Source: Octopus sinensis (lineage: Eukaryota). From it: a stretch of DNA of 64,000 nt. The stretch covers positions 77,190,001 through 77,254,000 of the forward strand of contig NC_043000.1 of the NCBI RefSeq assembly GCF_006345805.1. Reading direction: 5' to 3'. Positions 12,966 through 26,699 of this stretch are shown here, piece by piece. The position numbers and the translations under genes are program-made. How positions within the stretch are numbered: the first letter of the stretch is position 1; each line of letters begins with the position of its first letter. The notes below the pieces were generated by a model, which saw nothing but the letters and a program-made list of their open reading frames with translations, ran no database searches and had not been told where the DNA came from.

Positions 12966-13959
12966 ATTACCATACTTGTAATAATAACAATAGGACTGCT
13001 GTCCACAATTACTACCATCACAATCATATTTCATAATCCTACGGAAGTTTGATTACCTGAAACTAAATAATAGATGTGGTCAGTTCAAATTATATTATGA
13101 TGCAGAAAGGTCACCCACGTCATTATATTTGATAAAGTGGTGTTAAGTGCATGCGGATGTGTTGATGTTTGTTGGCCAGCTATAATTGATAAAATCTATA
13201 ATCAAAGATATTCCAGCTCAGATTATTTTGTCCTTTTATCTACAGAAACTGTATTGTCCAATGTGTCCAACTTTTTTGTTTTTAGAAGAGAGTAATTTTA
13301 AGAAATTTCGCTGCTATTCCCAACAAATCGGGAGATCATATAAAATTGTGTGCGGGCTGTTTGTGAATGCATGTTAAGAGTGTGAATGTATGTGTGTGTG
13401 TACGTATTTGTGTGCAATATGTGTGTATCTGTGCAAATATTTGTGTGTGTGTGTGTGTGCGTGCGTGTTCGCGCGCGTGTATGTACATGTATGTATATAT
13501 GTCTCCATGTGCACAGAATGTCGTTTAAGAGTATTGAAATGAAACTAACATTAAAGCAATTTCTTGATTAATCTCAGTATTATTTGAACAGGAAGTTATA
13601 TGAAACATGTTACTTCCGCTAGTCATTTTGCTGAGTGGTCCTTTAAAACTAGGGTAAATCTAGTAGCAAATTCTTGCGAATCTATTTACATCGAGTTGAA
13701 ATATGTAAATATTGCATTTCCTCGCACTTGTAGGTTACACCCCACCACAAACACATGTATACATGACGGGGAAGTGGCGGAGGGAAGGGTACCATACTTT
13801 GCTAAGGAAGCCATACAGAAGGGCAGAACTATGTTCAGGAGTTGTCCTGCCTATTTACTGCAAAAAATATAGTAATAACAGCAGACCTCGGCTGTAATTT
13901 CCTCAACAGGTCCTGATTTTTTGCCCTGCCCTTCCTTCCTCTGACGAAACCATTAAAGA

Positions 13960-14573
<614 letters not shown>

Positions 14574-14689
14574 GTGTCCCCCCTCCAAAATACAAACGCA
14601 CTTTTATGGTTGATAACTCAATTTTCATTTCTTTTTATATTTAACTCATTGAAAATAATGAAAGGACCCAGACTAAGTTTTGAATTGAG

Positions 14690-15480
14690 GGCAAATGTGA
14701 TACACGACGTTTGAAAATGCAATCGAAAATCAAGCGCCCATCCTATTTTGAAATGCCGTCATAGGAAAAATTACATAAAATAACACATTCAATGTTCCCC
14801 AATGAAAATAATCCGGTTCGAAGAGCAGAGTTTTACGACTGGAACTTGGAAAGTGCTATAAAAAATGCATACTTTAGAAATACTGTTTGCTGTAATGAGC
14901 ATCATTTAAATTAAATGGTTCAATTAACTGTCACAATTGCAACAAATAGGGGCATGGGGATCCGCATATTATATGAGGAGCATCATGTTAATTTACTACG
15001 AATGACAGTATGGTTTGGTTTATCACCAAAAATATTAAACGGACCAACTTTTTTTGATAGGATTGTGAGTGGTCCTATTTACTTGGACTTTCTGCGACAA
15101 TCTGTCATGCCATACATTCAAATGGACCTTGAAAACGTGGAGTTTTATGTCCAGGACGATGGAGCACCCTCACGCTACCATGATAATGTAAGGGTCTACT
15201 TTGGTAAGATTTTGTCAAACAGGTGGACAAAGAGTTTCAGTAAAATATCTTCTGCGCTCGCCAGAACTCACACTACTAGATTTATTTTATGGGGATATTT
15301 AAAAGATAAAGCTTACGATACAAAACCCGCTACAGTAAACGAATTGAGGACAGCTGTTGACTGAGATGGCGCACAAATACCGAACGATACAACAGCATCA
15401 CTGCAAAGCAGTGATTAGGCATACGCAAACTTTAGATTAGTTAAAATATATCTGTGACATATTTCAACCTCTAAAGGCAA
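14690..15480 (+). mobile_element. Decayed Tc1/mariner, rosa/DD41D-like transposon
   Basis: VWFGLSPKILNGPTFF..VQDDGAPSRYHDNVRVY..FILWGYLKDKAYDTKPATVNELR. Confidence 0.8.
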
Positions 15481-15524
15481 ATTCACGGCAGTTACAGTGG
15501 AGAAAAAGGTGTAAAAAGCAGACG

Positions 15525-15800
15525 AACTACCGCTATGCATTTCGCCCGGCGTGCTAACGATTCTGCCAGCTCGGCGCCCTTGAGAATCTTTTCTACTCTA
15601 GGTACAAGGCCCGAAATTTTTGGGGAGGAAAACAATCGATTAGATCTACCCCAGTACGCAACTGGTACTTAATTTATTGATCGCAAAAGGATGAAAAGCA
15701 AAGCCGACCTCGGCGGAATTTGAACTCAGAAAGTAAATACAGATGAAATACTGTTGAGCATTTCGCCCGAAGTGCTAACGTTTCAGAACAGCTCGCCGCT
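15525..15800 (-). mobile_element. tRNA-type SINE with a partially duplicated head
   Basis: Minus strand carries CTGAGTTCAAATTCCGCCGAGGTCGGCTTTGC (B-box-like); GCATTTCGCCCG..GTGCTAACG occurs twice. Confidence 0.75.
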
Positions 15801-15996
15801 TTTCGCATATATTGTAACAACTAATATCATTATCATCTTCAACATTGTAACAACATAATAATTGATATATTAATAGATGCCTATAAGAATAATCAAATAA
15901 TATTGTCCTTCATACATTTCCCTGATGCATCTCCACATTAAATTACGTCGTTGCACACACACACGCACACACACACCACACACACACACACACACA

Positions 15997-16034
<38 letters not shown>

Positions 16035-16561
16035 CTCTCTCACACACACACACGCACGCACACATATAGCGAGAGAGCGATTAGTTCTCGAAGTACATAT
16101 ACAGTTATAGATAATAGCATATAAATGTTGGGTTGAAGATCCATTTAAATAGAAAAACTCATCAACAGTTGCTATTGAACTATAACTCGCTGTTTGTCTG
16201 TCTGTCTCCCCGCTCTCTCTTTCTCTCTCTCTCACACACACACACAAACACGCTTACATATGTGTTTGTGTACCTATGTGTGTTTGTATATATAGCATTC
16301 TGTATATTACACTCAATGCAGATTATCTGTTGAAAGCCTGTAAACTATTGTACTCGTTTCAGGAAATCACTACGTGTACACTTACCATGCTCTTTAACGT
16401 TATACGTCTATAGGAGAAGCTTCCTCGCGACGAATACTACAGCTTCCGGGTTTTGAACAGTATATCTGCATTAAGTATAATATCCTGAATATTATATTGA
16501 AGTAATACAGCTGCCGTCACACATAATACATACATACATTCATATATACATACATACAACT

Positions 16562-16622
<61 letters not shown>

Positions 16623-17098
16623 CGGACAAGAGTCCAGTACTGAGGAAGGGAAACCAGCTGTTGTTAACCAGCTGGAGGTGTTCTCCTCGGGTTAAAAAAT
16701 ACTAGTAACGTCGTTCCGTACGGAACAGCCATGTTGAAGTGGCAACAAACGTTACTATGCTTATATATATATATGGTGTCGGTAGAGAGGACGACAGATA
16801 GGGGAGGGCGGAAGTAGGGCTTGCAGGGCGCATGCGCGGCAGGAAGTGGAAGCGGTAAGGGACGATGCACGTGTGGCATCAACGAAGCGGCAGTTGGAGC
16901 TGAGACGAAGAAGCGACGAGACACATTGACTTTGTTGAGAGAGATCTGATCTTCGCTGAGTTTGGTAGACTAATCTTCGCCGAGGTAAGACCTAATTATA
17001 TTTCCTTTCTCCTTTTCTGTTGTCCTCTTCATTATTCACACCACAAGCTATTTCGGCATATAAACAAAAACAATTCTCACACGATTTTATACATAAAA

Positions 17099-17815
17099 AT
17101 GATGATAAGTGCCCGTATTTCGCACGAAATTATAAAACCGTTTTGCGGCGACACGGATGTAGTCGCTTGGCTGAAGAAAGTGAAGTTGGTGGAGAAGCTC
17201 CATGGTATAGGTGACCTCGCGAGCTTCATGCCGCTGTACTTGGATGGTCCGGCGTTGGCGTTGTATTTAGAGATGGAAGAGACAGACCAACTTAGCGCGG
17301 AGAAAGTGGAAGTCCGGTTGATGGAGGCCTTTGCGGAGGGAATGTTCGAGGCATACGCTCGCCTGGGTAGAACAAGATGGACTGGGCAACAGGTGGACGT
17401 GTTTGCCAATGAACTTAGGAGATTGGCTAAACTGGCGGGTTACGAGGGAGAGTCGCTGGACCGGACGGTTAGGTTGGCGTTCGTGACTGGCTTTCCCGAC
17501 AACATGTCGGTCGAGCTACAGCAGCTTCCGAATGTGCATTCGATGCCGATGGCGGACATCATATCTCGGGCACGCGTACTAGTTTCGTGCAGCACGATGA
17601 CGTCGGTAGCAGCGACTGCAACATCGAAAATTGGCCCAGCTAGGAGCAGCGGAGAGGGGCTAAACAAAGAACATGTGCGACCGTTCAAAGGACAGTGTTT
17701 CCGGTGCCAAGGTGTCGCCCAAGCCTGAGGTGATTTGCTACCGGTGTCGAGAGCCGGGCATATAGCCAGCGAGTGTCTGCGGGGAAACAGACTGCGGGAG
17801 ACTACTGCGCCGGTA
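17099..17815 (+). pseudogene. Gypsy gag with frameshifted zinc knuckles
   Basis: KPFCGDTDVVAWLKKVKLV..YLDGPALALYLE..; CFRCQG and CYRCREPGH knuckle remnants. Confidence 0.85.
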
Positions 17816-17816
17816 G

Positions 17817-18345
17817 TTGTCCCTTCGGATCAGTAGAGGCGCGCTACCTGTGGTCGACATTCTGGTGGAGGGGGAGATGTCGCGAGCCCTTGTGGGCACG
17901 GGCTGTACAACAACCCTGATGACTACAGAAGTGGCAGAGACGTGGAGTGGAGGAAGCAGTGTTAGAGCTGTCGACGGAAGAGAAGTACACTGCGAAGGGG
18001 TTACAGATGCGCGGATTGTGGTGCAGGGACTACAGCTGACGCTGCAAGCGATTGTGGTTGGTCACTTGGTGGACGAGATCGACGTGGTGATGGGGATGGA
18101 TGCAATCACCCGCTTGGGAGGTGTCACCGTTAACGAGGCTGGTGTAACATTTGGGTTAGCGGGGAAACCGTGTAGGGCGAGACCATGCACCGGCGACAAC
18201 CGTGAGGAAAAGCATGCTGCGCACACCATTGAAGACCAGGATTTTCGGGCTGTCTTTGATGGCAAGAGGTGGACAGTGGAGTGGCACTGGAAGTGAGAGC
18301 CCCCGATGTTAAAGAATAAAGTGGGCTGCTATCAGCATACTCTAA
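17817..18345 (+). pseudogene. Gypsy aspartic protease (catalytic D replaced by G)
   Basis: RALVGTGCTTTL in place of ALVDTGC; DVVMGMD flap motif. Confidence 0.8.
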
Positions 18346-18351
18346 AAGGAG

Positions 18352-18990
18352 ATGCCAGAAGTGAGTTACAATGGCACTGCATTTCGCTCGGATGTGCTGA
18401 AAGAAATGCTTGATGGGTGGAAGGTCAACCGCTTCTTCAGGACGGCATACCGGCCAAGTGGAAATGGGGTGGTGGAAAGGCATCATCGTACCATCAAGGC
18501 CATGGCAGAGAGGGGTCACATTTCACCAATCGAGGCTGTATTTTGGTACGATATGTCGCCCAGATCAGGACAGGCTGAGGAGTCGGTGCCACACAGGGCA
18601 ATATTCAGGTACGAGTGGAAGCATCCGTGTACTGCATCAATGCGACCCGGGGCAGAGGAAGAGCACGCCTTCGTGCAGGTCGGGGAAGAAGTTTGGGTAA
18701 AACCCCCAAATGCACGGTGTACATCACAATGGGGAAACGGGACAATAACCTCTGTAAATTCAAAGAATAATATCTCGGTCGATGGTATGCCACGCCACAT
18801 TTTGGATATACGGAGGATTGTCCATGCCTCAGAGGATGGGACCAGCAGCAGTGTGCAAGATGAAAACAACACCAGTAGACAGGATGATGAGGCCAGCAGC
18901 AACATACCAGGAACCAGTCCTAGGGTCGCACTGCGACCACAGAGGGAGCGGCACCCTCCTCCCTGGTTGGCTGATTATGAAACCAGTTAA
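18352..18990 (+). pseudogene. Gypsy integrase C-terminal half
   Basis: NGTAFRS..FRTAYRPSGNGVVERHHRTIK..VGEEVWVKPP..PQRERHPPPWLADYET. Confidence 0.85.
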
Positions 18991-19104
18991 GGTGCGAGTT
19001 CGGGAGCGGGGAGCGAGTGAGAAAGCCGGTTCAGTGATCTGTAGATCAGGGGGGCGTTTGGTGTCAGTGGAGAGGACGACAGATAGGGGAGGGCGGAAGT
19101 AGGG

Positions 19105-19800
19105 CTACGAGAGAATTAAAATAAAATAACCTCGCAGAGGGGTAAAACGAGCAAGAAAAAATGTAACACAAAAAGGGACGTAAATTCTTTCGTACGTTGC
19201 CTTCGGGCCCTAAGGTCATATTTCCCAGCACAAAGGCCTTCGTTCGTCTTTTTCGTTTGTTCTCTTGTTTATTTTGATTTCTCGTATTGTAATTTATTTC
19301 TCGTTTTGTATTTTCTTGTACATGTATCTTTTATTTTTGTATTTTTTTCTTGTATCTTTTTTCGTGCAGTTCTTTGTTACGTCCCTTTTTGTGTTACATT
19401 TTTTCTTGCTCGTTTTACCCCTCTGCGAGGTTATTTTATTTTAATTCTCTCGTAGGAAGGCCTAGCATGACAGACGTGTCCTGTCTTGCCTTCGAAACAC
19501 GCTATGTGTGCTAGTGACAGCTGATGAAGGGGATATTTCCTTGTGTAGCATGTCCTGTACCTCGTTTTTCTGCTGTACATAATGTTTTTCCCGTTTTCGT
19601 TTTCGTCCTGTTCCACGTCTCTGTCCTTCTGTTGTAACAAAATGACTTTTCCGTTTTCGTTTCTGTTGATTTTTACGTCTTTTTGTGGTGTCCTGTACGT
19701 ATATATATTTATATATGCATGTATATATACATGTAGATGTCGGTACGTACATATATGTTTGTATGTATGCATATATTTTATTTATTACACTATCTTATAT
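19105..19800. mobile_element. Penelope-like pLTR with a 79-bp inverted duplication
   Basis: 19105-19183 is the exact reverse complement of 19377-19455; CCTTCGAAACACGC..CAGCTGATGAAGGG motif shared with 39460-39510. Confidence 0.7.
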
Positions 19801-19864
<64 letters not shown>

Positions 19865-20054
19865 CATACATACACATACAAAACCACACGATAGACTTTC
19901 CCTTAGTTTTTGTCTGACGGCTCGGGAGACATTTTCACAAGTGTGACTGAACACGAAATCACGTACTTTCGAGGAGAACGTCTTAACGCCGAAGACATGC
20001 CTGCTGCGCCTCTCCACGATTATTATGTGTGCATATATCATACGCACATATATA

Positions 20055-20094
<40 letters not shown>

Positions 20095-20430
20095 CACACA
20101 AATTCGTGGAATTCCATATTATATATTCACACTGGTATACACCAACATACACACAAACACAAATATAATTCGTAGTTTTCCCCTTCTCTATTTTGCACCT
20201 ATACCATTCACCATTTATTGTCTGCGAAAGAAGAAAATAATGAAGTAAAATATGGAGAGAGAAGAAATTGGAATTATCTAATGTTCAACTCAGACATTTA
20301 GTGTCTTCATGAAATCAAAAATGGAATGAAATAAACGGAAGAAATTTATCTTATTTTTGGTTGTTTTCGAAAGTCGAAATATTAATACTTACTAACACAC
20401 ACGCGCCCTCCCCACAATATATATATTTAT

Positions 20431-20515
<85 letters not shown>

Positions 20516-20925
20516 TATATAAAAGGTAGGAATACAGAAATATAAAACTTCCGTAATGAAGCACTTCTAAAAGTAATATAAATCTTATACACACACATGT
20601 ACATATGTACACTTACAATATATGCATATATATATATACATATATATATATATGTATATATATTATATATGTATGTATGTATTTATATATAGATATATAT
20701 ATAGATATATAGATATATATATATGCATAATTATATTAAAAAATATGTATATACGCATACATGCATGTGTGCGTCTGTGTATGTGCGTGTCTTTGTGGCG
20801 TGTAATATGTGTGGTGGTGGTGTGTGTGTGTGTTTATGTTTTTACATGCATATATTTGAATAAATAACATACATAACTATGTATATAGATATGGGGTTAT
20901 ATGTGTACGTGTATATATACATATA

Positions 20926-20967
<42 letters not shown>

Positions 20968-21002
20968 GTATGTATATCTATATCTATTTATCTATCTCTC
21001 TA

Positions 21003-21091
<89 letters not shown>

Positions 21092-21101
21092 GTATATATA
21101 T

Positions 21102-21132
<31 letters not shown>

Positions 21133-21190
21133 GTATTCATGTACATATATACTTACCTACATATACTTACTTGCATATACATATAGACAT
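19795..21190. repeat. Microsatellite-rich block (TA, CA, CT, TATG)
   Basis: Directly visible, with short unique spacers. Confidence 0.85.
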
Positions 21191-21532
21191 AGAGGCGCAC
21201 ATACAATTCACGTACACAATAAAGATGAATGTGGAAACAAGAAGTGTTATTTACCAAATCTCACTACTATCGCGGCAAAAATGGAAATGAAAAAACCAAA
21301 TCGAACTTAAGTATGAATCTTCAAACTATGTGTTCCTGTTGCTTTGATAGTTTTTTTCTTCAAATAAAATATTGATTCTTTAAAGATTATACAATGTTTA
21401 CTAAATTGTCAGGATTGAAACCTCAATTTGACTTCAATTTGAGCAGCCTAAATTTGCTCGTTTAATTGTAGATAAAAAAAGAAATTAGAATATAGTAAAA
21501 AACGCGAAATAGGAGATATGTATGTATGTATG

Positions 21533-21564
<32 letters not shown>

Positions 21565-21889
21565 TGTATGTATGTATGTATGTATGTATGTATGTATGTA
21601 TGTATGTATGTATGTGTGTGTGTGTGTGTGCGTGCGTATATCTATCTATATATCTATCTGTTTACACACACAGTCTCTCTCTCTCACACACACACACGCA
21701 CACACAAACACACAATAATTCTGGGGGGGAATTACTTTGCAAAGTTACATATAGAGTTATAAAAGCAAGTAAATATTTGATTGTAAAAACACTTTGGATA
21801 CAAAAAGTCGAAGGTTACCACGCACGCATGAGCGTGTGCGAATGCACACACACACACAAACACACACACCCATTAATCTTGTATCTTTT

Positions 21890-22080
21890 ACTTGTTTCAG
21901 TCATTGGAGTGCGGTCACGGTGTGCGCCACCTTGAATAGTTTAATCGTACAAATTATTTGCTGTCTGTTGCTTATCTTTTCCAAATCGCTAAGTTGTAGG
22001 GACGTAAACAAACCAACACTGGTAAGGTTATCAGGCGGTGGGGTGGACGAATGCAAACACAAAGGCCCGCCCCGCAAACT
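21890..22080 (+). mobile_element. SINE
   Basis: TTTCAGTCATTGGAGTGCGG..GCCACCTTGAA..GGGACGTAAACAAACCAACAC, same family as 7640. Confidence 0.7.
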
Positions 22081-22084
22081 CACA

Positions 22085-22115
<31 letters not shown>

Positions 22116-22598
22116 GCGCGGTAGAACGTCAGTTTATGAACAGTTTTTCGAACGTAAAAGGTCTCATGTTACGAATGGTATCTCAAGTAAGGAACACGCA
22201 AGCCAGCAACAACGGTTGGTGACAAGCTGGAAAAACCTGCGGGAGAGTGTCTAGCCTTCGTTCAGAGTGTATCCATAATCGAATTGACAGGGCTTTCTCT
22301 TGAATTTACAGTGGGGAAAAATATTTCCACTTTACAAATATTTCGGGTGACGAACAGTCTTCAGGAACTAATTAAATTCATAAACCAAAGTTCCACTGAG
22401 TGTGTATGTGTGTGTGCGTGCGTGCGTGTATATGACTGGCTTCCACACACTTTCCAAATTCACTCTCAACTCATTGGTCATTCCAAGGCTACAGCGGGAC
22501 AGCATCCTGACGGCAGAACTACATCTGAAATAATCTGGTTGCAAAGCGAACCATGCCTTTTACATACATATAACACACACATACACACACACACAAAC

Positions 22599-22698
<100 letters not shown>

Positions 22699-23769
22699 TA
22701 CATATATATATACACGCCATGCCGGCAGTGGTTATTTTTCGTACTAACTTTACTATGGAGTACACGGCTTCGCTTTTGAACAATCACTGCTTTCGTAAAT
22801 TGATAAAATATTCTATATACGTGAGACAGCTGCAAAAGTCTAATTATAAAACTTCTCCGTTGACAGAAAAGAAGGGCTCGATTGGACGAACACTGTTTCT
22901 GGTTGATTATACCTGCATCAGCAATCGGTTATGCTACATTTCACTGCTACTGCAAAATTGCTATTCGAAGATACTGTTGTTCCGCCTTTAACGTAATCAG
23001 GTAGAATGATTTGAATATCTGACACATTTCGAAGCCAGTCCATCTGGTTCAGTTATAGGTGTAACAACAGTAGTTTAAAATACAATTCCGCAATAGGTGT
23101 TAAATGTAATGTTTTCGTTAGTTGATGAAAATGTAATAAATCAGAAATGGTGTCATCCAGTGAATCTCTCATTTACTCTCCACAGTGAGGTTGTATGATT
23201 TAATATAATTTAAAATAATAAACATTTCAGGTGTTTACCATTGTTTTATGTATCTCGTAAATTTATTAAATTTACTTATTTTAGGAAAGCAGGGATAACT
23301 CGAAGCAAATATGCTCCCATAGTAAAGCTATACAAACATACATACATATATATTTACACACACACACACACGTATATATATTCTTTTATTCTTTTACATA
23401 CATACATACATACATGCATACATACATATATATTTACACACACACATACACACACACACTCACACACACACTCGCACGCACACACATACACACGCACGCA
23501 CACACTTGCATAGACACAAACTCAAATGCAGATGCCCACTTATATACATATTTAGTTAGATATGCAGAAATATTACAGAAACAATTAAAAATGTCTGTGT
23601 GTGTCATACAGTCGCACACACACACACACACGCGTGCGCATACACACAAAAATATAAATAATAATAAACAATAAAGACACCTTCAAACAACATCCCTAAA
23701 CAACAGCGTAGATAGAGATACGAATGGTTATTCATACACACGCACGTCTGCACATATTCACATATTCAA

Positions 23770-23960
23770 TATTGGCTTCAAATTTTGGCATAAGGCCAGC
23801 ATGTTCGGGAGAAAAGATAAGTCAGTTATATCGATCCAGTGGTCAACTGGTACTTATTTTATCGTCCCCGCAAGGCAAAATCGACCTCGGCAGAATTTGA
23901 ACCCAGAACGTACAGATGGACGAAATATCGCTTAGCATTTCACCGGCGTGCTACTGATTC
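23770..23960 (-). mobile_element. tRNA-type SINE
   Basis: CGACCTCGGCAGAATTTGAACCCAGAACG on the plus strand. Confidence 0.7.
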
Positions 23961-23994
23961 TGTCACATTTCTAGATAAGAAATATTGACTGATA

Positions 23995-24270
23995 TGACCA
24001 CGTGACCACTTGCTACGTGATCACTTGATCACGTGACAGACCAGTTTATCAGATGTTACACATCGCTGATCACAATGCATTGTTTTAGCATTTAAATCAC
24101 GCCACACTAGGCAAGCAGGCTGACATTCCTCCCTGGTTGAAAGGGGGACTGGAGCAACGTGAAATGAAGTGTTTTGCTCAAGAATACAACACGTCGCCTA
24201 GCCAGAAAATCGAACCCACGATCTACCGATCGTGAGTGCTACAGCCTAATCACTAGGCCACGCACCTTCA
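23995..24270 (+). mobile_element. SINE (GGACTGGAGCAACGTGAAATGAAGTG family)
   Basis: 3' half matches 59170-59310. Confidence 0.7.
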
Positions 24271-24459
24271 ATTACTGACATATATATATATCTATGTAAA
24301 TACATACGAACATACACACATTCATACAGACACATACATACACTCACATGCACATACATATATACATGCACATACGTCGTACACATACACACACATATAT
24401 ATATAAACATATGTGTATATGCATATTTGTGTGTATATATATATGTGTGTGTGTGTGTG

Positions 24460-24655
24460 TGTATAGTTGGAATTTACAAATAAAAAGCAAAAAACAAAAG
24501 ACGAAGACGGGTGTGTAAACAACAAGCAGATGTATTAGTTTAACGCTTGGGAAGTGAAAGTTTTTACGTTTCGAGCCTACGCGCTTCGACAGGAAGGAAC
24601 ACAGAAATAAACAGGGAGGGAAAACAGAAAAAGGTTTAGTGGCTAGCGATCAATT
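24460..24655 (-). mobile_element. Penelope-like pLTR
   Basis: Reverse complement of the 12340-12600 family. Confidence 0.7.
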
Positions 24656-24656
24656 A

Positions 24657-24698
<42 letters not shown>

Positions 24699-25090
24699 GT
24701 TTTTGGATTTGATTTGCAAGATTCTTTATATGAGTTCGTGTGTTGAAGCATATTCTGTTGTATCTGGGGAGAGTCATTCTCGTTTACTGCCTTATTATTT
24801 AACACACTCACATTTTGTAACTTAATATAATGAACTCTTGACTTTGTATATGTACATTTTCATGTGGATATATGTATGTTTGTATATTCTAATATATTGA
24901 CTTGACTAACTGTAACCTTATATATATATATGTATGTATATTATTATATATTATTATGTATATACTTATATATTTATATGTGCATGTGTATATACACTTA
25001 TATGAATGTATATATTATATATTATGTATATGTACTCATTCTTGTATAGGTGTACCTTCTCTTATATTCATATTTGGATTGTACTTTATA

Positions 25091-25217
25091 ATCTCTGAAG
25101 AAGCCTTGGGATATATTTGTAAGTGTCTCATTTATAACCACATATTAGCTTATCATGCCTGGCTAATATGAGCATAATGAGATACTCATATCTACATGGC
25201 TGAAACAGCTGTAAGAT
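25091..25217 (+). ncRNA. Type I hammerhead ribozyme motif in a PLE-like end
   Basis: ATCT-CTGAAGA-AGCC..(92 nt)..GGCT-GAAAC-AGCT-GT-A-AGAT; all three stems pair; GUA cleavage triplet. Confidence 0.65.
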
Positions 25218-25414
25218 ATAGTTTATATTTATATTTATATTTATTTATACATATTGTACTTATTGTACAATATTACTCATTGATGTGCACTGTTTTGTTC
25301 TGTACTATTATGTTTGACCTTGATGTTCATATGTAGTTGGTTAATAAATTATGTGAATGGGTATTATCTGGTAGTTGATTATTGATTAAGGTGTATTCCT
25401 CAATTTTTTTATTT

Positions 25415-25455
<41 letters not shown>

Positions 25456-25743
25456 GTTTTGGGGATTAGTAGATATGCGGGTATTCTATTTTAGATAATA
25501 CAAAAAATTGCCTAATGAGTATATTTGAAGGTTAACTCACGGTATCTATTTGCACATCATGAAATAATGCTTTAAAGGATATAACCAGTAGACCAGCAGG
25601 GTATAAAATATACTCCCTAAATTATCTCCTACTTAAGTTAAAATTACCATTATGAAGAAACAACACGTGTTTCAGTATTGGAAGATTGTAATATCTGTAC
25701 ACACACACGCACACACACACAACACACACACACACACACACCA

Positions 25744-25774
<31 letters not shown>

Positions 25775-25840
25775 CACCACACACACACACACACACACAC
25801 GCGCACATATATGCCCTCATCAGATTTTCAATTATTATTA

Positions 25841-25880
<40 letters not shown>

Positions 25881-25939
25881 GGTATGATGTTACGAATACC
25901 GTAAAGTAATGTATATATATACATCTATCTATCTATGTG

Positions 25940-26266
25940 ATACACGATCCCTATTGATCGTTTTTTTCCTCTTCCCCTTTCTTTCCCCTTTTTTCTTCTT
26001 TTTTCATTTCTCTTTTCTTTTGTTCCTTTTCCTTTTCTTTTTTTTCTTTTTTTTCTTTTTCTTTTTTTATATTTTATTTTATTTATTTATTTATTTTTGT
26101 TCTTTTCTTCCCTTTTACGATCCCTCTTGATCGAAAACCTACGCCACCCATTTTTTTTGTTTTTTTTTGTTTCTTTTGTTTTTTGTTTTTTTCATCCCCC
26201 AAAAGAAAAGCTCTACCTTGTAACTTGTCCCATCTGTGTGCAGCCCTGTGTGGCTAATAAAGAAAC

Positions 26267-26295
<29 letters not shown>
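25940..26295 (+). mobile_element. 5'-truncated 3'-UTR stub of the Tx1-like LINE with (TATC)n tail
   Basis: Matches 31865-32150, including AAAAGAAAAGCTCTACCTTGTAA..CAGCCCTGTGTGGCTAATAAAGAAAC. Confidence 0.85.
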
Positions 26296-26297
<2 letters not shown>

Positions 26298-26699
26298 ATC
26301 CCTACTAAAGATATCGCCACCAATAACAACACCAGCATCACCATCACCGCCACCAAAGACCGTGCCGTCAATGCTACTAATACTACCAACACCACCGCCG
26401 TCACCAAGAACGACAATAACAACAACAACAACAACAACAACAACGACGACAACAACAATTCCCTTCAACCACTGCTCACTCCATCACCAACAAGTGAAAA
26501 AATAACGACGACAAGCAAACGAAATGCCGAAATTTGCGCTAATGCAGGACTAAATTACGCAGGCAATTTTCCACCCCTTGCTAGTTGCATAATCAGCAAC
26601 CACAAACCTACAACCCCACCCCCCTGCCATCAACACCAACACCACCGCGCAGTAACAACAATAACAAACAACAACAAACTTCGCCGAGGCGATAAAAGA

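Larger units (their letters stand above)
16774..19106 (+). mobile_element. Gypsy (Ty3) LTR retrotransposon, internally deleted, 3' LTR truncated
   Basis: 5' LTR 16774-17043 (TGGTGT...ACACCA); gag, protease and partial integrase; PPT AGGGGGGCG at 19048-19056; 3' LTR start 19059-19106 matches 16774-16821 with 2 mismatches in 48 nt. Confidence 0.9.

Noticed and set aside
15640-15800. tRNA genes at SINE heads (also 23880, 58440, 62780)
   Set aside because: Only A/B-box-like motifs are present, with no cloverleaf, and they continue into SINE bodies.
17782-17788. GGGAAAC -1 frameshift heptamer between gag and pol
   Set aside because: It is in frame with the gag tail, but the protease ORF as assembled is in the +1 frame; this needs an extra indel I cannot verify.
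19480-19545. Permuted (type II) hammerhead GAAAC...CTGATGA, also at 39460-39500
   Set aside because: Stem I does not pair and the cleavage triplet is inconsistent between the two copies.
22720-23330. Unique segment with possible AG/GT pairs
   Set aside because: Peptides are uninformative and splice sites are only moderate.
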